Assembly (NCBI GenBank): GCA_002269645.1
Contig: NIVC01000398.1
Location: forward strand, 1 to 64,000
Length of the DNA: 64,000 nt
From: Macrostomum lignano
Taxonomy: Eukaryota
Direction of reading: 5' to 3'
In this document: positions 1-11,903 of the stretch, in pieces
Layout: the number at the start of each line of letters is the position of its first letter
Position numbering within the stretch: the first letter of the stretch is position 1
Position numbers and translations under genes: made by a program
The notes under the pieces: generated by a model
What the model was told of the DNA's origin: nothing
The model's input: only the letters and a program-made list of their open reading frames with translations
The model's database searches: none

Positions 1-563
1 GAGTAATGTCTGGGACTTCCTAAAACGCGGCATTCAAAAAGAGAATCCACCACAGAATGTTGTGGAGTTTTCGTCATGTCATCGAAAACGCTTGACAGCA
101 GCTTCCCCAGGACTTTCTGCGCCGCCTCATCCTTTGGAATGCCCCGCAGTCGCCGCACTTCTGTGTGCGAGGGGATCCCACACGCGTTATAACCCACCGC
201 GATTGAAACTGCACATTGCATAAAATGAACAAACTGTTGATTTTTGGCGCGACTGACGTTTTATTGATTCAATCAACTTTCCCTTCCCCCGCGGCAGCTT
301 AGTTGCGCGTTGAGGCGCGATTGCGAGTGAAAAGTTGTGATAAGTGAGAAAATTTTCATCTCCTTGGAGGATGGAACTTTTGACTGTTGACTGCACTTTT
401 TATTCCGGACTGATCCCATTATTGCATCATCTAAAATAATTCGATTGCCATGCTTAATTTCCATCCAATTCGTCAAGAGACTGAAACGATTAATTCGATC
501 ATATGTGACCAGAGAAAATTCTAGGTCAGTGACTTCACTTTCTGTTTAAAAATACCAGCAGTG
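1..563 (+). mobile_element. 3' end of a decayed Tc1/mariner transposon (transposase C-terminal remnant plus probable right end)
   Basis: From base 2 it reads SNVWDFLKRGIQKENPPQNVVE, then across frameshifts ..QQLPQDFLRRLI..HTRY. This matches the Tc1 C-terminal pattern (IEhlWd.LKr...P.n..eL...i...li.sm..r.....gg.TrY). It ends in ...ACCAGCAGTG at 563, like a Tc1 TIR. Confidence 0.75.
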
Positions 564-896
564 ATATACTCATTAATAGTTCTATATTGACCGAGGACAA
601 CACGCTGCTTTCAACGAAAAGATTTAGGAGGGGAGACTTTGGCCTGAAGCCCCCATTCATCCCATAGCCAGCCAAGCCCCTGAAATTTGGTAAATAGTAG
701 TGTAGTCAGTAGTCATTATACATGTATGGGTATTTTCGTTGAAAAATAAAAGTTTTGTGCAATTGAGTAGAGCTCATATTCTTTTGCTCCTACATTAAGG
801 TGCAGTTTTTTTGCGGTGCCCACCCTTCCTATGCGCACTTCCGCTTGCCAGCAGTGCCCGAAGTTGATTCTATACTCTTATACTCGTACATGTATA

Positions 897-1485
897 CACT
901 CAGCAACAGTCAAAACCGCCACCCTACCGAGAGAGGCGACTTCTCTCTCACCTCAACTGCAAGTGCCGTAACTTGCGCCACGTGGCTAAAGCTGGGTGAG
1001 AGTGAATTCCAGGGTGAGAGTACAAAAGGGACTGGGGTTGGGGGTGCAACAGTACACGTGACAATGGTCAGGCAATGACAGACGCTGAACGATGGCGCGC
1101 TGTTGGCATGCCAGAAGCTGGTGCATCCATCAGCGCAGTTGCTCGCCAATTTGGTCGATCACGTTCAACAATTCGAGCGCGCTGTTAACGAAGTCCCAAG
1201 AGACTGGTAGTGTTCAGCATGCAGCCATAGGCAGCCAGCGCCATGATCTCCGCGGCTCAACAGCCAGGGCAAATTGACGTCTGCTGCGGATTGTCAGGCG
1301 AACTTCGACCGCGCCAGCAGCCACCCTGCTCTGTCTAATGTGGGTGAAAGAAGCAGATTGCCCTCTCCTGCATTCACTCTCACCCAGCTTTAGCCACGCC
1401 GTGGCGCAAGTTACGTCACTTGCAGTTGAGGTGAGAGAGAAGTCGCCTCTCTCGGTAGGGTGGCGGTTTTGACTGTTGCTGAGTG
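897..1485 (+). mobile_element. Internally deleted Tc1-like element with about 111-bp TIRs and a TA target duplication
   Basis: TA|CACTCAGCAACAGTCAAAACC... (897-1007) is the near-perfect inverse of 1372-1485 ...GTTGCTGAGTG|TA. The interior encodes a frameshifted transposase HTH: MVR..TDAERWRAVGMPEAGASISAVARQFGRSRSTI..LLTKSQETGSV. Confidence 0.9.
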
Positions 1486-2084
1486 TAGTTTTGGCAAACT
1501 TGGTTACAAAAAGGTACGGCTCGTACAGTAAACATGTATTACCATCTGGCATCTGGGTGACGGTTTTAAATGTTGCTAGGGCTGTGACCTGGGTGCTCTA
1601 CTCCACTCTAACTTGATGCCTGTAAGGCTTAGTTTCCGATCATTTACTTCATTTACTAATTTAAGCTGTCGCGAGAGAGAGAGAGAGGGGGCTCTGCAGT
1701 CCCAGTCCCTACCCCCATTTAACGCCTTAGCCCTAGGTTTTCAAAAATTGATTGCCGCAATTTGACTGCAGTCAATTTGTCTGGGGAATAAATGAACTCT
1801 AAACATTTGGTACTTAACACTCGAGCCGCGGCACTTGATCGTTTCGAACCAAAATAGTGTTGCTGGAGAATACATGTACATATAGTACTGCATACAGCTG
1901 AAGTAACAAATATGACCCTCAATAAAATAATATATAAAATCATGCTTCTGTAACTTCTGAATGTACATGTAGCAAGGCTTTGGGGCATAAACGATTATAG
2001 GCCGTACCGAAAAAATAAGAATTTTCCAATTTTCTGCTTAGAAATATCTATTTCTGCCGCCACATACAACTCTCAAAGCTCCGG

Positions 2085-2715
2085 CCTACCCGCCTCCCGC
2101 AACAGCTCCGCTGCCTACCGCGGCTCCCCCAACATTTCCGCTGTCTACCGCCTCTCCCCCAACAGCTCCGCTGCCTACCGCGGCTCCCCCAACAGCTCCG
2201 CTGCTTGCCGCCTCTCCCCCAGCAGCTCCGCTGCCTACCGCGGCTCCCCCAACATTTCCGCTGTCTACCGCCTCTCCCCCAACAGCTCCGCTGCCTACCG
2301 CGGCTCCCCCAGCAGCTCCGCTGCCTAACGCGGCTCCCCCAACAGCTCCGCTGCCTACCGCCTCTCCCCCAACAGCTCCGCTGCCTACCGCGGCTCCCCC
2401 AACAGCTCCGCTGCTTGCCGCCTCTCCCCCAGCAGCTCCGCTGCCTACCGCGGCTCCCCAACATTTCCGCTGTCTACCGCCTCTCCCCCAACAGCTCCGC
2501 TGCTTGCCGCCTAGCTCTTCCCCAACAGCTCCGCTGCCTACCGCGGCTCCCCCAGCAGCTCCGCTGCCTAACGCGGCTCCCCCAACAGCTCCGCTGCCTA
2601 CCGCCTCTCCCCCAACAGCTCCGCTGCCTACCGCGGCTCCCCAACAGCTCCGCTGCCTACCGCGGCTCCCCCAACAGCTCCGCTGCTTGCCGCCTAGCTC
2701 TTCCCCAACAGCTCA
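2085..2715. repeat. 30-bp minisatellite (CCGCTGCCTACCGCGGCTCCCCCAACAGCT)n, about 21 copies
   Basis: Direct tandem periodicity. The overlapping repetitive ORFs are artefacts of the array. Confidence 0.95.
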
Positions 2716-3699
2716 GCCCCTATCCAGGATTTTAGGGAATTTACGACCAACTTGTCTGATCGGTTCCACGTTGTACACCGACAAAATAATGGTTAAAGAC
2801 AGCGTGCAAGCTTCAAGACAGGGACATGTAGTTATCAACAAATCATTCTCTAGGAAGTTTGATCGGCACAAATATAATTGGCACCAGACATATTGCTTTT
2901 GACGATGTAAAAGAGACTTGCGCCAATTCAAATGGGACGGCATATGTTTCTCAAGCAACATCTGTGAAGCGAAGTCACAGGATTTATGAGTATTGCAAGA
3001 CACAGCAGTGGCAGAAAGAAATATGAAGCTTAAGGTTGTGGAGTGAGTTGTTTTTTATTCAGGCTCGTATTTTGCGTTGGTTTAGCTTAAGCCTGTAGCA
3101 GAGAAAGTGGTCAAACTCGGGGAAAGTGGAAGTTAAAAAATTACTTCGGTTGGCATTTATTGCATTCCATTATATCAAGAATTTTTATTTAAATGTTAGA
3201 TCTAGACTAGATCCCTTCCCTTGGTTCTATAAGGGATCCAAAGATCAAATACTAAGTTTGCTGCTCATTCTGCTTTCCGTATACCTTGCTTGAGAAGCAT
3301 ATGGATCAGTAGGGAGTATGGCTAGTCTCGTTTAGATCTTCAACAGCAATACTACAGCATGACATTTTAGTGTATTTCAAGAGATTCAAACGGCCATTAG
3401 CTACGCTAGTAGCATTCAACAGCAGATTGGTTTCGACGCCACGCAATGTAAAATTATTGGCGCAATGTTACGTCAGTACATGCGGAAGTATTTGTAATGC
3501 AGAACAGCGGCAGTAGCTAAATATTGACATCCGAAGTTGAATTTTGCGACAATATTACACGCAATAAATAGCATTGACACCAAACGGTAAAAAGTAAAAC
3601 ACAAGAAAAGCACACGGAATTAAAAGTAAATAGTTTGCGTGGTAGGTTTGGAATTAGATCAGTGAAACAGTAAGAAGCATAAACTTTTGAATCGTGAGT

Positions 3700-4600
3700 A
3701 CGCGATATGCACCATCACAGTTCGCAGCTGGGCAAATTATTCTGTAGAGACAACAACAAGGCAAACCGCCGGGGACTCAACAGAGTACAGTTCACAACGG
3801 AGGTGGTGTCAGATCAGTTTTCTCGGTGCGAGCTCTCTGAAGGCGGCAACAGAATTCCTAGCCGATCACCCCAGCGTCATCTAGCAAGCAATCCGCGTAG
3901 CGGCTCGCCCGGCCGTAGCCTCGGGGCCAGGGGCCCTGCATCGTGAGTAGCAGGACGTCCTGCACTGGTTGAGAACAGTAAGCCTCCGCCGAATGGTGTG
4001 GCCCGCCAGTTGAAGTCTTTGCCTGCGGAGGGTCTCGCTAGGTCGTCGCAGCAGTCTGGCAGCGCGGCGTCCTACAGGACAACTCGGATAGAGCGGAAGG
4101 CAACCCAGGCCAGGCCCCTGCGTCGCGCCAAGTCCTCCTGGACACTGGGCACAAGACTGCCGAGGTACGTGAAGCGCGTGCAGCGAGGTAGAGCCAATGC
4201 ACGATCGTCGGGCGTCCCAGCAGGTGATTTTGATAGGCAGCTCCGCAGGTACACATCACCTGCCTCTTCTCGATGTTCACCGCTAGCCCGACCGATGCCG
4301 CAGCTGCCACCAGGCTGTCTAGCATGCGCTGGGCTCCCTCAGCCGTAGAGGCAAACAGCTCCAACAGCTCCTGGGTTACGCCGACTCCAGATGGCGGCTG
4401 TTTGTTTGCAGCCACAGTAGGAAGCCGTCCTCATCTGTTGGCAGGGCCCTCCGTAGCACCCCATCGAGCACCAAAACGAAAAGGTAGGCCGCAAGTGTGT
4501 CGCTCTGCAGCACCCTGAGGTCGTGTTGAACAGGTTGGACAGTACGTCAGGTGCCATTACGGCGGCGGTAGAGAGTTATGGTTGCTGCGACCAGTCGCTA
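3700..4600 (-). mobile_element. Degenerate RTE-type non-LTR retrotransposon fragment (RT and thumb), frameshifted, YADD region lost
   Basis: The minus strand gives GVLQSDTLAAYLFVLVLDGVLRRALPTDEDGFLL, ASTAEGAQRMLDSLVAAAASVGLAVNIEK and FTYLGSLVP..DLARRRGLAWVAF. A (TTG)n-like tract lies near 3750. Confidence 0.85.
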
Positions 4601-4639
4601 CGGCACGTAGAATGACCACAAGACCGATGCGAGGATATT

Positions 4640-5160
4640 CTGAAGAGAGGAAGGAGATAAATTCTTCTTCACTTCTTCTGAAAAGAATAGTTAAAGTTTA
4701 ATTAGCAGAGCTACGAGGTGAGGCTGGAAAGAAGAAAAGGGTGGGGTCTGAAGGGGAGAAGAGGCTGGGGTCTAAAGGGGAGAAGAGGGTTTGAAGGGGA
4801 AGAGAGGGTGGAATCTGAAGGGGAGGAGAGGGTGGAATCTGAAGGGGAGGAGAGGGTGGGTACTGAATGGAGGAGAGGGTCAGGTCTGAAAGGGAGGAAA
4901 GGGCTGGGTCTGAAGGGGAGAAAAAGGAGCAAAGCAAAGAGGAATAGCAAGGAGAATGGGGGACAAGGAGAATGGAGAAGGGAAATAGCAACAAGGATAG
5001 AGGAGGAAGGGAATGAAAAGGATAGAGGAGGAGGGGAAGTTCAGCAGGGAATATAAAAGAAAAAAACAGTAATAGAAGGAAGGTAAGAGAATAGCAAGGA
5101 TGGGTAAGGAGAAGAATATCAAGGCTAGGGGAGAATAGCAAAGAGAAAAAGGGAGAGTGA
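4640..5160. repeat. Purine-rich (GA) low-complexity tract with a degenerate 24-bp sub-repeat
   Basis: Almost all A/G on the plus strand. GAAGGGGAGGAGAGGGTGGAATCT units occur around 4790-4860. Confidence 0.8.
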
Positions 5161-5199
5161 AAGACCTTAAGCAAACTGACTTCAACTACTCAGAAGCTT

Positions 5200-6090
5200 C
5201 TAAAAGGAATCCTACCGACGACGACGGTTTTCTGCTGCAGCGACGCGTGGGTCGACGTCAACCGGAGAAGCGGCTCAGCGTGCTTGGCTACGCCGATGAC
5301 CTCGCCCTGCTGTCCTCGACCGTCGAGGGCGCCCAACGGCAGCTGGACAGGCTGGTTGCCGTTGCGGCGAGTGTCGGCCTGGTGGTCAACACGCAGAAGA
5401 CCGTTGTGCTCTGCGTGCCGGACGACATCGAGGCTGCAATATTTTGCCGAGGCGCTGACGGGCAGGCGACCGAACTCCCGCGATGTCAGCAGTTCGTCTA
5501 CCTCGGCGGTCTGGTTCCAGACGCTCGCGAGGACCTGCGACGCCGCCGCGGGCTTGCCTGGGCTGCCTTTCGTTCTGTGAGGGCAGTCCTGCAGTCCGAG
5601 GCCCTACCGGACCGCCAGAGGGCGGCGCTGTTCCAGGCGGTAATCGAGACCGTCCTGCTGTACAACGCCGAGACCTGGACGCTGACGGACTCACTCGAAC
5701 AGCAAGTCGATGCGGCGCACGCTGGTCTGCTGCGCGCCGCCTTCAACATCGGCGTCGAGCGAGTCACCAACGCGGCACTCTATCGCCGCGCTGGCCTGCC
5801 ACGTCCAAGTGATCTACTGCGCCGTCGGCGACTCCAGCTCGCAGGCCATCTCATCCGCGCCGAGTCGTACTGCCCACAGCCGGTGCAGGAGGTGCTGCTG
5901 CTCACGCTGCAGGCACCCTACCGGCGAGGTCAAGCGCGAACTCGGCGTTATGTCGACTGTCTGCTGGCTGACGCCGGCGCCCCGGACACTGCCGGTGGCG
6001 CGGCCTTTGTTCGCGCCCAAGCCATGAAGCGCGCCCTGTGACGCTGACCTTTACCATCATGACAGCGTATTTTGTTGTTGTTGTTGTTAA
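5200..6090 (+). mobile_element. 5'-truncated RTE-clade LINE (RT C-terminal half, open frame) with a (TTG)n tail
   Basis: ORF 5157-6041 contains LSVLGYADDLALL, VGLVVNTQKT, FVYLGGLV, LLYNAETWTLT and RRRRLQLAGHLIR. A short 3' UTR is followed by TTTTGTTGTTGTTGTTGTT at about 6070-6088. Confidence 0.92.
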
Positions 6091-6414
6091 AAGGAATATT
6101 TGAGCAACTATTAGCATATAAGGTAGGGCAGTTTAGCACAACTTGCCTAGTACGAGCTCGTAGATAGGTATATTAGGACTACTAGCCTTGTAGGGTACAG
6201 AGTTGTTTAGCAACTACTAGTCAGGTAGATAGAGTGGATTTGTACCTAGAAGACTAGCAGGTTGACCCGCGAAGCCTAACAGACTATAAAGTAGATTAGC
6301 ACCTATAAGTCTAGACGGTAGAATGATAGGTATTATATTTACTAGCCTAGTAGGTAGGATAGGCTACTAACCTAGTATAGTAGATAGAATCTAATCTAGG
6401 TTCATTATCCTGTT

Positions 6415-6800
6415 ATTCCTCCTGTTATAGGAGGGTAGGAGCTGATGGCGGAGGCTAGGAGGGTAAGAGTTGGTAGAGGAGGGTAGGAGCTGGTAGAAGA
6501 GAGAAGGGAAAGTGTCGAAGGGTAGAGCAGGGCAGGGGAGAGTAGAAGGTAGGAGGGTAGGAAATGGTAGAAGGGCAGAGAAGGGTAGGAGCTGGTAGAG
6601 GAGAGTAGGGGGTGAGGCTGGTAACGGAGGTTAAGGCAATAGACAAGGGTATAGCTGCAGAGGAGGGGAGGAGCTGGTAGAAGAGGGTAGAGAAAGGGTA
6701 GAGGGTAGAGAAGGATAGAGGTGTGTAGGATAGTAGAGGAGAGTAGGAGGATAAAGGGTAGAGAAGAGTAAGGAGAGGATAGAAGAGTAGAGGAGGGTGG
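6415..6800. repeat. Purine-rich low-complexity tract (GGAGGGTAGGAGCTGGTAGA-like degenerate units)
   Basis: Strong purine skew with recurring units. Confidence 0.7.
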
Positions 6801-7009
6801 GGGGCTGTCTGGGAGGGTTTGCCTGGGAAAGCTGCCTTGAAAGGTTTGCCTGGGGGCTGCCTAGGAAAGATAGCCTAGAAGGACTGCCTGGGAGGAATTA
6901 ATGATTAAAGCAACAAAAAAGCATTCATAAAAATACAAACAGCACATGTGGAGTGCACGGGGTGTAGGGAGTGCAGGGGTGCAGGAGTCAAAGAAGTATA
7001 ATTCTGCTG

Positions 7010-7790
7010 GGGTTAGGGCTAGGATAGTGAAAGGGCCAGTTCTGGGGGTCTAGGGCCAAGACTGGGATGGGGTAGGGCTGGCGCTGAGATGGGGTAGGGC
7101 TGGCACTGGGGTGGGGTAGGGCTGGGGGTGGGGTAGGGCTGGGGCTAGGGCTAGGGCAAGGGCAGGGGCTGGGGCTAGGGCTAGGGCAAGGGCAGGGGCT
7201 GGAGCTGGGGCTAGGGCAAATGCAGGGGCAGGGGCAGGGGCAGGGGCAGGGGCAAGGGCTTAGGCTAAGGCTAGGGCTTGGGCTAGGGCTTGGGCTTGGG
7301 CTTGGGCTAAGGCTAGGGCTAAGGCTAGGGCATGGCTGGGGCTAGGGCTAGGGCAGGGGCAAGGGCTAGGGCTAGGGCTTGGGCTTGGGCTAAGGCTAGG
7401 GCAAGGGCTTGGGCTAAGGCTAGGGCAAAGGCTGGGGCTGGGGCTAAGGCTGGGGCTTGGGCTAAGGCTAGGGCAAGGGCAAAGGCTGGGGCTGGGGCTA
7501 GGGCTGGGGCTAGGGCAAGGGCTAGGGCTGGGGCAGGATAGTGATAGGGCCAGAGCTGGGGCAGGGATAACAAGCACTAAGGCTAAGGCCAGGGCTAGGG
7601 GAGGAACTAGGGCTAGGGCTAAGGTTAGGGCTAGATTAGGGGCTGGGATAGAGTGGGATAGGGCTAGGACTGGGCTAGTGCTTGAGCTTAAGCTAGAGCT
7701 GGCTGCTAGGGCTGTGGTGTGGCTAGAGCTTGAGCTGGGGCTTGATCTCAAGCTAGGGCTAAGCTGGGGCTAGGGCTAGGGCTAAGAGAA
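7010..7790. repeat. Degenerate hexamer array (GGGCTA/GGGCAA/GGGCTT/GGGGCT)n
   Basis: 6-bp periodic GGG tracts on the plus strand. Confidence 0.9.
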
Positions 7791-10700
7791 TGAAGCCACA
7801 AATAAATGTAAAGCTATAAACAAGGGTAGAACCTAGTAGAAGAGGGTAGAGATAGGTTGAAGAGGATAGGATCAAAAGGTGAGGGGAGGGTAAAAAGGGT
7901 AGAAAAGAGTATAAGGATAGAAGATAGAGAATAAGAAAAGAGGATATAGAAAGATGAAAAAGGGTTTACACCCAACCCAAGCATGCTAACTAAACATATT
8001 TTAATCCAATAAAAAGGCTAAATTCATGCTTTTATCTTTAGCCTAGCTAAAGCTTAGGTAGGCTTAGCTATTTTGAATCAAATATAGACCTAATTAGAAT
8101 ATATTAATCCAAACCAAATATACTAAATCTCTAATATTTGCTTGTATGCTTAATTATTTATATTAGGCCTAGTAGGCAGGCTTCAAGTTTACTCACTAAT
8201 TCATTAGTATAATTAATAGTATTATTAGGGTTCAACTTTTCTTTAGCCCTAGGCCTAGCACTATATATAACTTGGTATATATAAATTTTGGTAGGCTAGG
8301 CCTAGTATATTTAATTTTAAATTTCAATTCTATTTAGCAATGATTTATTTTGGCTAGGCCTAGGGCTTAAATTAAATAGGTTTGATATCAAATCAAATAG
8401 TCAATTTTGTGTAAAATGGATTAAAAACTTAATAGGCCTACATTAAAATTAAGTCCTTAAAGCTATAGAGTTCTATCCTAGGCTAGATAGAATTAAGGCC
8501 CTATACTATATCTAGGCAAGGCATAGCTAATAGCTAATATAGGCAACTAATACTATAATGCTTTGGCTAGAAATATATCAACAATATAGACAAATCTGGC
8601 TCTGTTAATAAAAAATAATAACCCAGTTATATACTAGCAAATGGTTTACTAGTCAAGCTCTATTTTTTATTTAGCAATTAACATTACTATTTATATATAG
8701 AAATACCATTATATTATATAGATAGGTCTTGGATATATGCGCCTTTTATATACCATAACACTAACTGAAGAAAAAGCATAAATTTTAGGGCCCATATTTT
8801 TAGGTGTATAGAACTGCTTAAATTAAATTAAGCCATTGGCATTGCCAATATATATGTAAAATGTAAAAGGGTATAACCGTTTCAATGAAAGAACTTTTTT
8901 GTGCATATGTGCACAAATGTTTTCAATACAACGTAAAATAAAGCCAGAAATACATGCAGCACTACACCGTTACATTCATTGCTGGGCTGCAAGGCCGTGT
9001 TTTCCGAGGATAGAATGGCCTCATGAGTGGGACATGGCTGTGTTGCCAGACTGTCTGGAAGCCGGCCTATTTAATATTATAATATAGCAATGAAATATAC
9101 ACTACTTTATAGCCAAGAACTTTTTCAAAGTCAAATATTTTTAAATGGCCAATACAATATTAGCATTATAGCCTACTTTATAGCAATATCTGGTTATTTT
9201 TTCTAATTAGGTCTAAACCTAGAATTGCACTCACTCTTAGTCTCTCTTACTCTCTAGAATAAAAACTGATATTTTTTGCATATGACTATATGGGAAGCAA
9301 AGGCTTAGGCCCTACTTTTTTCTACTCAACTCAACTCACTCAATTACTAGGCCTACCGCCTACCTACTACTAAACTTCTACCTGGCTAGGCCCACTGGGG
9401 CTGGCCTAGGCCTAGGAGTAGGAGTAGGCCTATACCAAGTGGCTAGATTACCTTTTAAACAACACAATTAACTTGACTTAAATAAACCAGACTTGTTAGT
9501 TCGTTTAATACCATAGTATTAGAATTTAGAATTAGAACCAATTATTTTATTAAAAAATCTCTACTAAGCTACAGTACAGGTACAGCACAACCTAGGTCTA
9601 ATTCAATGCCTTATAGTAGTAAGCCTAGTTTAGGCATGTCATGTGTAGGCTTAGCCACATAGCCTTCACCCCAGCTCAGTTTTAGAACTACATGGATTTT
9701 AGACCCTAGTTTCCTAGTTGCCGGCCAGCAGCACGCACGCACGTGCCTTCGCTTCAACGAGTAGAAAGCATTTAAATTTAAGCTGCAAGGGCCTAGGCCT
9801 ACCGTCATGATGCATGTCTAAAACTAACTAACAAGAAACCCACAGCAGAAAGAGAGTCCTGCAACAAGCTACTAAAACATGAATGCATTTATTGGCGCTA
9901 AAAAGTTAACTAGCTTTGTTGATATTGTAACAATCATTTTTCGATTAACCAGCAAGCTGAGACAGCAACCAGCATGCTGTCATACCGTAAACAAAAAACT
10001 TAAATCGTGCTGTTTTCGTTAGTTTTAAGCAAACACGGGTGCACCAACCAAGCACGGAAATCTATTGCTTGAATATGATTTATTTTTCTTTTTACGACAA
10101 AAAACCTAAAATAAACATTTTATTCCATGTTTTTTGTTGACATGAAATTATATAATCACAAATATTAAAGCCTTTAGTTATTACACAGTACTGTTGTTTA
10201 ACGGTGTTGCCTCGCCTGACAAGTTTGCCTCCGTGTAGTTTTAAGCTACATGGCCTCTATTCGCATTCAATACTTAAAGTAGGAAACCTAGCATGCTTCT
10301 TAACAATTTTAAAGGGTTTGGGAAAGCCTGGCATTGAACTCGATGCCTCAGCTAGGCCCACCCAGTTCCAGCCTGATGAACGCTTTCCAGTCCGAGATCC
10401 GCCCAAGAAGAAGTGCTACCGAATCTTGCACTTTTCATAGGTAAAGTCCAGCTGATCCAGTTCCGCTTCGCTGGTTATGTCGGCCATGATTGCCAGATTG
10501 CCAGTGCCAAACTCGCACGTACGTACAGCTGTCTGTTCACCGACCATGAGTTGCCTGTGTTTACATGCTACAGCTTGTTTTTTATACTTCACTCTACATG
10601 GGTCGTCTCCGTAGCCAGACGGTTTTTGTAAAATTCAACGTTTTCAACTAATATGTTTGTTGTTTGCCGTAAATAAATATTCACAGAAGCTGGCTGTGGG

Positions 10701-11903
10701 TATACCCTGCAGCAAACGCCTACATACGAGGCAGGGACAACTAAAAAACCCTCGGGACGCGAAACGAGCCAATTCATGGCAAAAAATCTGAGGGGCTTGC
10801 TTAAAAGTATTGTTCTATGGCTTTTTCAAGTCTTCTTTGCTATCAGGCATTAACGGTTAGATTAAATAGTAAAGCGAGGCAATGCGCCTGCTTCGCAAGG
10901 TTTGCAACTGCCAACTGACAATAACTGCAGGGATCAACACCTGGACACAATCCAACTTTGCTTATAACAGCAGACGCAATTCGACGATTTATGGCTTCGC
11001 CTTTCAGTGATGTTTTTGGCTTTGAGCCTTTGCTTTGAAGCGATGCGGCGGCTGCTCAATGCATCAATTCAACGGCGATGGCTAATTGTGAAAAAAGAAC
11101 AGCAGCGCGCAGCTGTGGCCTCCAGGTTGGCGACTAGAATCAAAATTGCCTAGCAGCGAATGCGCGGGAACGTCACGCGAGGATTGCCAAGGCATTAGAG
11201 AAAATTACCGTCGCGACGATCAAAAGGCGGAATACTTTTGTCACGGACTACTTAACTTAACCACAATTAAGTAGTCCGTGACTTTTGTCCACTTGGAGCG
11301 ACTGCGCGTACCCAGTGCGCAGAGGCGTGTGTGACAAAACGTCTACCAGTTGGCTGCTGGCCTAGCTATAAAGCGCTGTGTCAATGGAGTACTTCTAAAG
11401 CGATGTAGGACGCAGGCCGAACCTTATAGTCGAAGTGCTTCCCCAATAGTTTGGTGACTTTAACTAATATAACATGTAAATTTTGACAAATCGTTCATTG
11501 ACCCGGACTTTACAATCCGGGTATTGCAAAAAGCAAACCTTAGTCTCTCGGCCGGATATTTCAACCTGCAATTGTGGCTTCCGGGGGGATAGCGACTGCA
11601 AGTAACCCCGGAGAATTCAAAGCAGCCTGAGATATCCGGACCGCGGATTATTCTTTAAGATGCTTGCAACGTCCGGGGGAGATCAGAAAGTAACTTGTAC
11701 TATATGGGCGGATAACACAAGACACGGATATCCGGAAGTATAACACCGGAGCAGAGGTACGTGTAGCATCGGCAGAGTCAGGTGCATTTGTATGCTTGTA
11801 GAAGAATTGCAAGGGACAAAGAACAAAGAACAGCACAATCTTCGATTGATTATTGTTCATATTCACTAGGATAGTAAAATAGCGGGACAATTATTTCTAG
11901 CAG

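Noticed and set aside
3700-6090. A single LINE with a twin-priming 5' inversion
   Set aside because: The two parts cover the same RT region and are diverged from each other, so they are separate copies.
7010-7790. True telomere
   Set aside because: It is internal, heterogeneous, and not the TTAGGG repeat.
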